Assembly: GCA_031425655.1 (NCBI GenBank)
Contig: JANPJS010000119.1
Span: 1-40,451 of the forward strand
DNA length: 40,451 bases
Direction of reading: 5' to 3'
From: Abditibacteriaceae bacterium
GTDB taxonomy: Bacteria; Armatimonadota; Abditibacteriia; Abditibacteriales; Abditibacteriaceae
The notes under the pieces are model-generated. The model ran no database searches. It had not been told where the DNA came from and saw only the letters and a list, made by a program, of their open reading frames with translations. Below, piece after piece: positions 17,541 through 25,853 of the stretch. A program made the position numbers and the translations under genes. Each line of letters starts with the position of its first letter. The first letter of the stretch is position 1.

Positions 17541-18713
17541 ATGGATTACATTGGCTGCATAAATGCGACTCACGGTCTGTTGGCAGGTCGTGTTTCGCTG
17601 CGAGAATGGAGTCAAACGCTTGTGGAACACATTAAGATTACGCATCAGCAAGCTGCGCTGAAGGCCTCTGAAGGCGTTATGTTGAGTCCGGCCATCAGTC
17701 AGGAAGTTCGCACCTACACCCAAAACGCTCTTAACGAGTTACGCCACTTAGCCGTTAGCTTTCAGCAGTCGCCGCCGAAGACACCGGATGCTCAACAGGA
17801 ATTCTGTGAAGCTGTTGGTAATTGCCTGAATCTTGAGCGTTGCGCTTCCGAAAACGTGCGGGTGTTGGTGGCCAGAGAGAACGGTGCTCAGTTAGTGGAA
17901 CGGATTTTACCGGGCGGCGGCTGCACGCCGGAATGTCACGCTGAAGCTGCTATGGGTCGCGTGCCCATCGGTCAATTTACGCCTTTGAGTAAGGGTGCGT
18001 GCAATTGTGTCTTCGTCACATCCTACCGCGTTGCTATGCCATCGCCTGTGGCAGCCATAGCGAATCGAGATAAAAACATTTGCAGTGATTGTGGAAAGCG
18101 CATGGGCACGCTGGAAAAGTTTGCCAACGCGATGGAGGGCGATAACCGTTGTTTTGATTGCGACAAGAAATTCAAAGAAGAGCAAGAGCGGCTAAAACGC
18201 GATGAGGAATCACGTCAAAACGCATTGGTTCTGGCTACCGAACAAAAGCAACTCGCACGGCGACAAGCCGATTTGCAGTCTATTCTTGACGGCAACTTAC
18301 CGATTGTTCAGGCCGCCATCGTCTTGAAAAAGGGTGAGGTTTGCCATCATGTAGTGGACGCAGGAATTCTTGAGAATCGTGTTGTAGATCGTGTGCGCGT
18401 CGGCCAGTCGGCCAGTGTCAGCTTCCGGGTTTGCAAAGGAGTGCGCTATTCGACAGGTGGTTCGCGCGGACGCATGATAGCTATCACCGGCATCGTGCGC
18501 GTTGATGAGGGGCAGTTGTGTGTCACCAATCAGCGATGCGTGTTTGTTGGCAAAACCAAGAGCATTGCCATTCCTCACGGGAAACTTGTTTCATTCGAGC
18601 CTTACGCAGATGGGCTAATGTTGAACCCTGAAAACAAAAAGTCAATCATGCTTCAACTGGACGACGGTGAAATGGCCTCTGTAGTCCTATCTGCGATTTT
18701 GAACGCCGATTAA
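17541..18713 (+). CDS. Multi-domain hypothetical protein (Cys-rich N-half, CxxC..CxxC zinc finger, coiled coil, C-terminal PH-like beta domain)
   Basis: 390-aa ORF starting 1 nt after the repressor stop; CSDC...CFDC; LKKGEVCH...GQLCVTNQRCVFVG. Confidence 0.75.
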   Translation: MDYIGCINATHGLLAGRVSLREWSQTLVEHIKITHQQAALKASEGVMLSPAISQEVRTYTQNALNELRHLAVSFQQSPPKTPDAQQEFCEAVGNCLNLERCASENVRVLVARENGAQLVERILPGGGCTPECHAEAAMGRVPIGQFTPLSKGACNCVFVTSYRVAMPSPVAAIANRDKNICSDCGKRMGTLEKFANAMEGDNRCFDCDKKFKEEQERLKRDEESRQNALVLATEQKQLARRQADLQSILDGNLPIVQAAIVLKKGEVCHHVVDAGILENRVVDRVRVGQSASVSFRVCKGVRYSTGGSRGRMIAITGIVRVDEGQLCVTNQRCVFVGKTKSIAIPHGKLVSFEPYADGLMLNPENKKSIMLQLDDGEMASVVLSAILNAD

Positions 18714-18721
18714 AGAGCGCA

Positions 18722-19324
18722 ATGACACAGGAAAACCGCTGCCCGTTGTGTGGCAAATTAAACCCGGCGAGTGAATGGGCGTGTGAAAGTTGCGGCGCGC
18801 AACTGCCCCGGCACGGCCAACGCGAGAGTGCCCAAACCAAGCCCACGGCCAAAGCAACAGTCGCCGGGAAGCCGTCCGCTTCGACGCCGCAAACCACTAC
18901 GCCCACTCCAACGCCCCGCGCCGGCAATGGTTGTCTGTGGGGTTGCATGGCGGCGCTGTTTTGTTTTGTGCTACTGCCGCTCTCCTGTTCGCTGTTTACC
19001 AGTGGAACGGCCACGCCGACGCCAGCCCCGACGCCTATTAGTGCGCCGGCGGCTACGCCAACAACGCGATCACCAGCACCAAAAACACCGGCATTACCAT
19101 TGGCACCACGCGCACCGCAGGCGCAACCGCCGGTGGTCAATCCGCAATCGCCAACGGTGCCGCCGACGCCAGATGTGGGCAATCTGGCGCCGCGCGTGTG
19201 GGTAAACACCAAAACGGGCGCTTATCACTATCCGGGCGGGCGTTGGTATGGCGTTACGGATGAGGGCCGCTACATGACGGAGGCGCAGGCGATTGCGGCG
19301 GGCTACCGCGCGACACAGCGATGA
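18722..19324 (+). CDS. Membrane protein: zinc ribbon, TM helix, Pro/Thr linker, small C-terminal extracytoplasmic domain
   Basis: CPLCG..N....CESCG; GCLWGCMAALFCFVLL; VWVNTKTGAYHYPGGRWYG.T..G.YMTE..A.AAGYR. Confidence 0.8.
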   Translation: MTQENRCPLCGKLNPASEWACESCGAQLPRHGQRESAQTKPTAKATVAGKPSASTPQTTTPTPTPRAGNGCLWGCMAALFCFVLLPLSCSLFTSGTATPTPAPTPISAPAATPTTRSPAPKTPALPLAPRAPQAQPPVVNPQSPTVPPTPDVGNLAPRVWVNTKTGAYHYPGGRWYGVTDEGRYMTEAQAIAAGYRATQR

Positions 19325-19351
19325 TGACGCGTAATTTTCACGGCGCTCTCG

Positions 19352-19609
19352 ATGCGCCGCCAGCCCGCCGTTATCAGATTTGCGAACTGCGTTTGCGCGA
19401 GCAGGACGGGCGCCGGTGGGTTGAGATGGAAGCCCAAGCCGCGCGCCGCAGTTCGGCGCCGCGTCAAGCCCGCCAAACGACGCATGGCGATTTCCCGAAA
19501 GCAGCCAAAACGCAAGGCGCGACGCCGCCCGCAGGAGAAACACAGCGTTATTTTAGGGCGCGGCGCCGTGCTTGAAGATGATAAGTCCATTATTCGGATT
19601 CGTGATTAA
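19352..19609 (+). CDS. Basic ORF, possibly the 3' part of the gene starting at 16499
   Basis: Begins inside the right-hand repeat, in the same frame as the 16499 ORF; no RBS of its own. Confidence 0.35.
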   Translation: MRRQPAVIRFANCVCASRTGAGGLRWKPKPRAAVRRRVKPAKRRMAISRKQPKRKARRRPQEKHSVILGRGAVLEDDKSIIRIRD

Positions 19610-19686
19610 GCGCGCCGTCGCGCGCCGCTCTGCGCCTTGCCCCGATTGTCTAAATAAGTGAAGATTAGTCAGGTTAAAAGGACGTT

Positions 19687-20628
19687 ATGGCGGCGCTTAA
19701 GCGATTCCAACATAAAACCGCCGGCAATTTGCCCCTCGCGCCGCCCGCGCAGTCAGCATCCAAATTGGCGCCGTTATCACCGATTAAAGCTTCAGCTTCG
19801 CTCAACGGCGTTTCCAACGGCTCCTCGTCTCACATGGCGAAATTTCATAATATTCCCGAAAATCTGATGACCAAGTGCGCCGGTTGCGGCGCCCTGCTCG
19901 TCACCAAAGACTGGGAGCGCGATCTCAAAGTCTGCGCGCGTTGCGGCTACCACGCCCGGCTCGGCGCCCGCGAACGCATCGCGCTGCTCTCCGACGAAAA
20001 CTCGTTCGCCGAATGGGATGCCGAGTTGTCGCCGCGCGACCCTTTGCACTTTCCCGACTACGAAAACAAGCGCACCATCGCCCAGCTTAAAACCGGTCTC
20101 AAGGATTCGTGTGTGACTTGCGCCGCTCAACTTGAAGGGCGCGATGTTGCCATCGGCGCGACCGATTTCGGCTTCATGGGCGGCTCGATGGGCAGCGTCT
20201 TGGGCGAAAAAATCACGCGGCTTATCGAACGCGGCACAGCCGAGCGGCGGCCCGTCATCGTGGTCACTTCCACAGGCGGCGCGCGAATGCACGAAGGCTT
20301 GCTGTCGCTAATGCAGATGGCGAAAACCTCGGCGGCCATCGCGCGGCATCGCGCGGCGGGCGTGCCTTACTTTTGCGTGCTGAGCGATCCGTCCACAGCC
20401 GGCGTGCAGGCGAGTTTCGCTTCGCTCGGCGACTTTCTCATCGCCGAACCGGGCGCTTTAATCGGCTTCACCGGAGCGCGCGTCATCGAGCAAAACCTGC
20501 GCATCAAGCTGCCAAAAGATTTCCAATCCGCCGAATTTCAAATGGAACACGGCCAGATTGATCTCATCGTGCCGCGCGTCAAGCTCAAGGAGACCATCGG
20601 CCAATTATTGAGCCTGCTGCTCGATTAG
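19687..20628 (+). CDS. accD: Acetyl-CoA carboxylase carboxyltransferase beta subunit
   Basis: KCAGC...VCARCGYH zinc finger, FMGGSMGS, GGARMHEG..SLMQMAKT, IGFTGARVIEQ, FQSAEF. Confidence 0.96.
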   Translation: MAALKRFQHKTAGNLPLAPPAQSASKLAPLSPIKASASLNGVSNGSSSHMAKFHNIPENLMTKCAGCGALLVTKDWERDLKVCARCGYHARLGARERIALLSDENSFAEWDAELSPRDPLHFPDYENKRTIAQLKTGLKDSCVTCAAQLEGRDVAIGATDFGFMGGSMGSVLGEKITRLIERGTAERRPVIVVTSTGGARMHEGLLSLMQMAKTSAAIARHRAAGVPYFCVLSDPSTAGVQASFASLGDFLIAEPGALIGFTGARVIEQNLRIKLPKDFQSAEFQMEHGQIDLIVPRVKLKETIGQLLSLLLD

Positions 20629-20699
20629 TTTTGAATTTTAAGTTTTGAGTTGTGAGTGACTTTCCAATTCAAAACTCAAAACTCAAAACTCAAAACTCA
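20627..20699. repeat. (TTTTGAG)n-(CTCAAAA)n heptamer hairpin
   Basis: Fills the accD-accA spacer. Confidence 0.9.
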
Positions 20700-20704
20700 C
20701 TACT

Positions 20705-21676
20705 ATGCTTTCCCGCTGGCTGCCTCTCGAAGGCCCTTTAGTCGAACTCGAAGAACAGATTGACGAACTCAAGCGTCTGGCGGCGCAGGAGAGAATTGAC
20801 GTGTCCGACAAAGTCGCCCGTCTTGAAGGCCGCAAGCGCAAAGTCATGGAAGAAGTATTTTCCAACCTCACGCCGTGGGATCGCGTGCAAATGGCGCGGC
20901 ATCCCAAACGGCCTTACACGCTGGAATTCGTCAACGCGCTGTGTTCGGAATGGATCGAAGTGCATGGCGACCGCGCTTTTGGCGACGACGGCGCGATGGT
21001 TTGCGGCTTCGCGCGCTTTCGCGGACGCGCCGTAGCCATCGTCGGCAACCAGAAAGGGCGCGACACCAAAGACCGTCTGGCGCGCAATCACGGCATGGTT
21101 TCGCCCGAAGGCTATCGCAAAGCCGGGCGCGTCATGGAATTAGCCGCGCGCTTTCATCGTCCGATTCTCTCGTTTATAGACACGCCCGGCGCCGCCTGCT
21201 CGCCCGATGCCGAAGAGCGCGGCATTTCCGAAGCTATCGCCGCCAGCCAGATGTTGATGAGCGGCCTGCCCGTGCCGATTATCGTGGTTATCACCGGCGA
21301 AGGCTGCTCCGGCGGCGCGATTGCGACGGCTTACGGCGACCGCGTTTTGATGCTGGAACACGCTTATTATTCGGTCATCGCGCCCGAAAGCGGCGCTTCG
21401 ATTATCTACCGCGATTCCGGCAAAGCGGCGCAAATGGCCGAGAACCTGAAAATCACCGCCGAAGACGCCCAGCGCTTTGGCATCATTGAAGAAATCGTGC
21501 CTGAACCGTTGGGCGGCGCGCACCGTGACATGGCGGTCATGAGTAAAACGCTGGGCGATACGCTCACGCGCCACCTTGACGCGCTGACGCAACTGGCGCC
21601 CGCCGATTTGCTCGAACAACGCTACGCGCGCTTTCGCTGTTTGGGCGAATGGAACGAGCCGGACGCCGGGCATTGA
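20705..21676 (+). CDS. accA: Acetyl-CoA carboxylase carboxyltransferase alpha subunit
   Basis: ARHPKRP, HGDRAFGDD, PEGYRKA, FIDTPGA, AEERG, YSVIAPE, EPLGGAHRD. Confidence 0.96.
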   Translation: MLSRWLPLEGPLVELEEQIDELKRLAAQERIDVSDKVARLEGRKRKVMEEVFSNLTPWDRVQMARHPKRPYTLEFVNALCSEWIEVHGDRAFGDDGAMVCGFARFRGRAVAIVGNQKGRDTKDRLARNHGMVSPEGYRKAGRVMELAARFHRPILSFIDTPGAACSPDAEERGISEAIAASQMLMSGLPVPIIVVITGEGCSGGAIATAYGDRVLMLEHAYYSVIAPESGASIIYRDSGKAAQMAENLKITAEDAQRFGIIEEIVPEPLGGAHRDMAVMSKTLGDTLTRHLDALTQLAPADLLEQRYARFRCLGEWNEPDAGH

Positions 21677-21680
21677 AATA

Positions 21681-21788
21681 CCCGGCAGGGAGGCGCTGTG
21701 CGCCCAGCGTCCGTTGGACGCGATAATTTCTGTGCGTCCAACGGACGCTGAGCCGAAGGCTTCCCTGCCGGGGGTTTCAACCCCCGGC
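21681..21788. repeat. REP-like nested palindrome
   Basis: CCCGGCAGGGA/TCCCTGCCGGG outer arms; CAGCGTCCGTTGGACGC/GCGTCCAACGGACGCTG inner arms; terminal GCCGGGGG-tttcaa-CCCCCGGC hairpin. Confidence 0.8.
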
Positions 21789-21807
21789 CTTTCTTTGCGT
21801 CAAAACC

Positions 21808-23436
21808 ATGAAATTCCCCTACCTTTTTCCACTTTTCTGCCTGTTGCTGACCGGCGCCATCGCGCAGGCGCAGCAGGCGGCGCGCTCTTATACAACCATT
21901 AATGCCATCGTGGTGACACCGCTTTCCAACGGCGTGCAGGTGCGCATCACTGCCGACGGCATTTTGCAGTATCGCAACGCCGATGTGAACGGGTCTAAGA
22001 TGGAATTAACCTTCCCCGACGCGCGCAACGGCACCAACAAGAACTTTTTAAATATCAATCGCTATCCGGTGTCGTATATTCAGCTTTCCACGCCGCGCGA
22101 TGCCGTCGGCGGCATCGGTGTGCTGATGAATATCGCCAACTTCGTGGCGACCGAAGCGACCGTCACCAAGACGCCCGACGGACAAGGCGTTTTAGTGACA
22201 ATTCAATCGGATCGCACCGTGGAAACCGGCCCCGCACACGACGACCCGACAGCCACCGACCCCAGTCTCAAAGCCGACACTGCGACTGATGTGCGTTTCG
22301 CCAACGGTTTGCTGTCGGTGCGCGCGGTGCGTGCCGATATTCATCAATTGATGGGCGCGATTGCCAAAAAAAGCGGTCTGGCCATCGCCATAGACGATGC
22401 CGTGAGCCGCAAAATCAGCCTTAATCTGCGCAACATTGACGCGGCGGCGGCCATTCAGAGCATCGCCACGGCCAACGGCCTTGCGATTTCGCGCATCGGC
22501 GGCATTTACATGATGAGCGAAGGCGAAGCGCGCGATCTGGCGACTTATCATTTGTCGAACACGGCCTCGTTTCGGATGCAGAACACGCAGGCGCAAACCG
22601 CTTCGGGTTTATTGCCGAACTTTTTGTTTTCTTACGTCAAAGTCAACGCCGAGCAAAACGCCGTCGTGGTCACGGCGCCGTCGCAAATGCTGGCCAAAAT
22701 CGGCGCGGATTTGCAGAAAATGGACTTGCCGGCCCCGCAAATTCTCATCGAATGCATCGCCGTCGAGCTGACCGATACCACCGACGTAGACCTCGGCTTG
22801 ATATTGGGCAATCCCGACGCGAATTCTTTTTCTTCGATCAGCGGCAGCGGCGGCACCATCAATTATTCGACTATCGGCGTGCTTCCTCGCAACTTCGAGG
22901 TCAATCTCAAGGCGCTGGAATTATCGGGCAAGGCGCGCGTGCGCGCAAGGCCGCAAATGGCGGTCGTCAACGGGCAGAACGCCAAAATCTTTATCGGCGC
23001 ACAGCGTTTCATCCTGACGCAGACCAACTCGTTCGGGCAAACGCAAACGCGCATTCAGCCCGTTGACGTGGGCGTCAAGCTTTCGGTGACGCCGCTGACC
23101 GGCGGCAACGGCGAAATCACGACGCGCATCATCCCCGAAGTCTCGAATATCACCGAAGTAGACTTGCAAACCGGCTTGCCGGTGCTGTCCTCGCGCAAGG
23201 CCGACACCACGGTGCGCGTCAAAGACGGCGAAACCATCGCCATCGGTGGTCTGACGCTCAATCAGGAACAAACCATCAACCGCAAAATCCCACTTCTCGG
23301 TGATATTCCTTTGCTCGGCAAGCTGTTTCAAGGCCGCAAAAAGAACGTCGTGCGCACCGAACTCGTAGTTTTCGTGACGCCGCGCATTCTCACCGGCTCG
23401 CCAACCCCTGAAAATGGCCCCGGCGCGAAACCGTAA
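21808..23436 (+). CDS. Secretin (GspD/PilQ-like outer-membrane channel)
   Basis: Signal peptide; DLPAPQILIE, NGQNAKIFIG, DVGVKLSVTP, VRVKDGETIAIGGL, KIPLLGDIPLLGKLF, ELVVFVTP. Confidence 0.93.
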   Translation: MKFPYLFPLFCLLLTGAIAQAQQAARSYTTINAIVVTPLSNGVQVRITADGILQYRNADVNGSKMELTFPDARNGTNKNFLNINRYPVSYIQLSTPRDAVGGIGVLMNIANFVATEATVTKTPDGQGVLVTIQSDRTVETGPAHDDPTATDPSLKADTATDVRFANGLLSVRAVRADIHQLMGAIAKKSGLAIAIDDAVSRKISLNLRNIDAAAAIQSIATANGLAISRIGGIYMMSEGEARDLATYHLSNTASFRMQNTQAQTASGLLPNFLFSYVKVNAEQNAVVVTAPSQMLAKIGADLQKMDLPAPQILIECIAVELTDTTDVDLGLILGNPDANSFSSISGSGGTINYSTIGVLPRNFEVNLKALELSGKARVRARPQMAVVNGQNAKIFIGAQRFILTQTNSFGQTQTRIQPVDVGVKLSVTPLTGGNGEITTRIIPEVSNITEVDLQTGLPVLSSRKADTTVRVKDGETIAIGGLTLNQEQTINRKIPLLGDIPLLGKLFQGRKKNVVRTELVVFVTPRILTGSPTPENGPGAKP

Positions 23437-23658
23437 CTCGCATTTCTTAAAGGGAAGGCGGGAAGGGCGGCAAGACGGGAAGATTGTGATGCGGTTATCA
23501 AAGCTCTTAGCCCGTCACTGAGCCAGCCCATTTAGGCATATATTCAATTTTCTGGGTATATCTTTTCCAGCGCTCAGCCTCTTGAAGAGACCGTGCGCCC
23601 GTTGATTTTACGAGTCCCTCAGCTTGGTCGCTGAAGCGGTTTATCTTTCGGCGGCGCG

Positions 23659-25188
23659 TCAACCGAACAATTTCCTGTCCATCGTGCGATAGTTAATCGC
23701 TTCAGCGATGTGGTGCAGCGCAATCGTGTCGGCGCTGTCGAGGTCGGCGATAGTGCGCGCGACTTTCAAAATGCGGTCGTAGGCGCGGGCCGAAAGCGAA
23801 AGCTGGTTGATGGCCATCTTCAGCAAATCCTGCGCGCCGCTTTCAAGTTGACAATGCTCGCGCAGGTGTTTGGAGCGCATTTGCGCGTTGCTGCTCAGCC
23901 CGTCGCCGGCAAAACGCTGCACCTGATGCTGTCGGGCGCGAAAAACCCGTTCACGCACCGTCGCCGAGCTTTCGCCGGACTGCCGAGTCATCAATTCCTG
24001 CGGGTTCAATCGAGGCACCTCGACGTGAATATCTATGCGGTCGAGCAGTGGCCCGGAGATGCGCATTAAGTAGCGACGAATTTGCTGAGGGCTACACTGG
24101 CATTGTCTGCGCTGGTCGCCATGAAAGCCGCATTGGCACGGATTCATGGCGCAAATAAGTTGAAACCTTGCTGGAAACGACAGTGATTGCGCGGCTCTGG
24201 CAATGCTTACATGGCCATCTTCGAGCGGTTGGCGCATGACTTCGAGCACGTCGCGCTGAAATTCAGGCAGTTCGTCCAAAAACAAAATGCCGTGATGCGC
24301 GAGGGAAATTTCGCCGGGACGCGGATAACTGCCGCCGCCGACCAAACCTGCGTGAGAAACCGTGTGATGCGGCGAGCGAAACGGGCGCTGCGTCAGCAAG
24401 CTTTGCCCGCTGCTCAAAAGCCCAGCGACCGAATACAGCTTTGTCACTTCGAGGGCTTCGTTTAAAAGCAGCGGCGGCAAAATCGTGGGCAGACGGCGCG
24501 CAAGCAGGGTTTTTCCGGCGCCCGGCGAGCCGACCATCAGAACATTGTGTGAGCCGGCAGCCGCAACTTCGAGCGCGCGTTTGACGGTTTCTTGTCCTTT
24601 TACGTCCGACCAATCCACGTCACTCGGCAAATCGTGCAGCGCGCCGTCGGGCAATTCGTGCGGAAGCGGCGCGCGGTTGCCGTTGACCAGCAAATCCACG
24701 GCATCGGCCAGCGATTTCACGGGATAAACGTCCAAACCTTCAACGACGGCGGCTTCTTTGGCGTTGGCTTCGGGCACGAGGAAGGCGCTTTTTCCCGCCG
24801 CCAGAGCGCCTAACGCCATCGGCAAAACGCCGGAAACCGGACGCACCGCGCCATCCAGGCCCAGTTCGCCAATTGCCGCGAAATTTTGCAGATTATCGGC
24901 GCGAAGTTGCTCGTCGCCGAGCAAAACGCCGAGTCCGATGGGCAAATCGAAAATCGGGCCTTGCTTTTTGGTGTCGGCGGGCGCCAAATTGACGGTAATG
25001 CGCCGCATCGGCCAGGTGAAACCGGAATTTTTGATCGCGGCGCGCACGCGCTCGCTCGATTCGCGCACGGCGGCATCGGGCAAACCAACGATGGCGAACT
25101 GCGCAAAATTAGAAGAAACGTCCACCTCGACGCGAACAATATAAGCGTCCACGCCAAGCACGGCCAAAGCATCCACACAGGCTAACAT
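23659..25188 (-). CDS. comM: YifB/ComM family Mg-chelatase-like AAA+ ATPase
   Basis: IVGLPDAAVRES, ITVNLAPAD, GSPGAGKT, RSPHHT, GEISLAHHGILFLDELPEF, SGPLLDRID. Confidence 0.95.
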   Translation of the reverse strand: MLACVDALAVLGVDAYIVRVEVDVSSNFAQFAIVGLPDAAVRESSERVRAAIKNSGFTWPMRRITVNLAPADTKKQGPIFDLPIGLGVLLGDEQLRADNLQNFAAIGELGLDGAVRPVSGVLPMALGALAAGKSAFLVPEANAKEAAVVEGLDVYPVKSLADAVDLLVNGNRAPLPHELPDGALHDLPSDVDWSDVKGQETVKRALEVAAAGSHNVLMVGSPGAGKTLLARRLPTILPPLLLNEALEVTKLYSVAGLLSSGQSLLTQRPFRSPHHTVSHAGLVGGGSYPRPGEISLAHHGILFLDELPEFQRDVLEVMRQPLEDGHVSIARAAQSLSFPARFQLICAMNPCQCGFHGDQRRQCQCSPQQIRRYLMRISGPLLDRIDIHVEVPRLNPQELMTRQSGESSATVRERVFRARQHQVQRFAGDGLSSNAQMRSKHLREHCQLESGAQDLLKMAINQLSLSARAYDRILKVARTIADLDSADTIALHHIAEAINYRTMDRKLFG

Positions 25189-25215
25189 GGCCTAATTATA
25201 AACGATGTGAGGAAG

Positions 25216-25360
25216 GTAGTTGGGTAGTTAGGTTGTTGGGTTGTTGGGTGGTTGAATGTTCGATAGATTGGAAGCACCTTGCATGGGGACAAAAATCCAA
25301 CAACCCAACAACCTAACTACCCAACAGCCTAACTACCCAACTACCTAACTACCCAACTAC
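25216..25360. repeat. Octamer tandem-repeat hairpin (GTWGTTRG)n ... (CYAACWAC)n
   Basis: ~5 units, a spacer, then ~8 complementary units; related copy at 30812-30921. Confidence 0.85.
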
Positions 25361-25752
25361 CCCTGAAAGTCGAAGGCGTTTTGATGCAGCTTTACGCGAG
25401 GCGCGGCGGCGGGCGGCAGCCAGACTTCGACGACATCGAAGCGGCAGGGCACATCGTCCAGACGGTGCAGCGAAACATACGCGTTGGCCAAGCGTGAAAT
25501 CTGGCGCTGCTTCGCCGCCGTGACTGCTTCCTGAGGCGCACCGAATTGGTCGCTCGAACGCGCTTTGACTTCGATGAAACAAAGAATTTTCCCCTGCCAG
25601 GCGATGATGTCCACTTCGCCGCGCATTCCGCCGGAGCCGCCTTTCACGCTGGGCCGCCAGTTGCGAGCCACGAGGCGGTAACCCAGCGCTTCCACATGGC
25701 GAGCCGCGATGTCTTCGCCGTGTTGGCCACGTTGTTGGCGCAGATTGGTCAT
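25357..25752 (-). CDS. yraN: YraN family (UPF0102) protein
   Basis: GQHGEDIAA, ARNWR, GEVDII, FIEVKAR, EAVTAAKQ, CRFDVV; adjacent to comM as is typical. Confidence 0.93.
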   Translation of the reverse strand: MTNLRQQRGQHGEDIAARHVEALGYRLVARNWRPSVKGGSGGMRGEVDIIAWQGKILCFIEVKARSSDQFGAPQEAVTAAKQRQISRLANAYVSLHRLDDVPCRFDVVEVWLPPAAAPRVKLHQNAFDFQG

Positions 25753-25778
25753 GGAATAAGTCGCGCTGACTCTACGAA

Positions 25779-25820
25779 ATCGAAAAGGCGGAACGGTAAA
25801 ATCCGTTCCGCCTTTTCGAT
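25779..25820. terminator. 18-bp perfect hairpin, putative terminator
   Basis: ATCGAAAAGGCGGAACGG-taaaat-CCGTTCCGCCTTTTCGAT. Confidence 0.8.
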
Positions 25821-25853
25821 GTCCGAGCAGTCAATGCGTGATGGGTTACGAAC

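Larger units (their letters stand above)
16786..19358. mobile_element. Putative integrated cassette or prophage remnant bounded by a 17-bp imperfect direct repeat
   Basis: GGCGCTTTTGATGCGCC (16786-16802) vs GGCGCTCTCGATGCGCC (19342-19358); contains a phage-type repressor; middle gene looks more AT-rich; no integrase inside. Confidence 0.55.

Noticed and set aside
19321..19575. 84-aa ORF coupled to the last cassette gene
   Set aside because: No recognisable motif; it spans the right boundary repeat and competes with the 19352 frame. Not fully excluded
23437..23658. Short minus-strand open frame (~50 codons) after comM as a gene remnant
   Set aside because: No start or RBS and no recognisable motif
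23659..25188. Mobile element inserted in comM (a known integration hotspot)
   Set aside because: comM is a continuous 509-aa ORF with all motifs present
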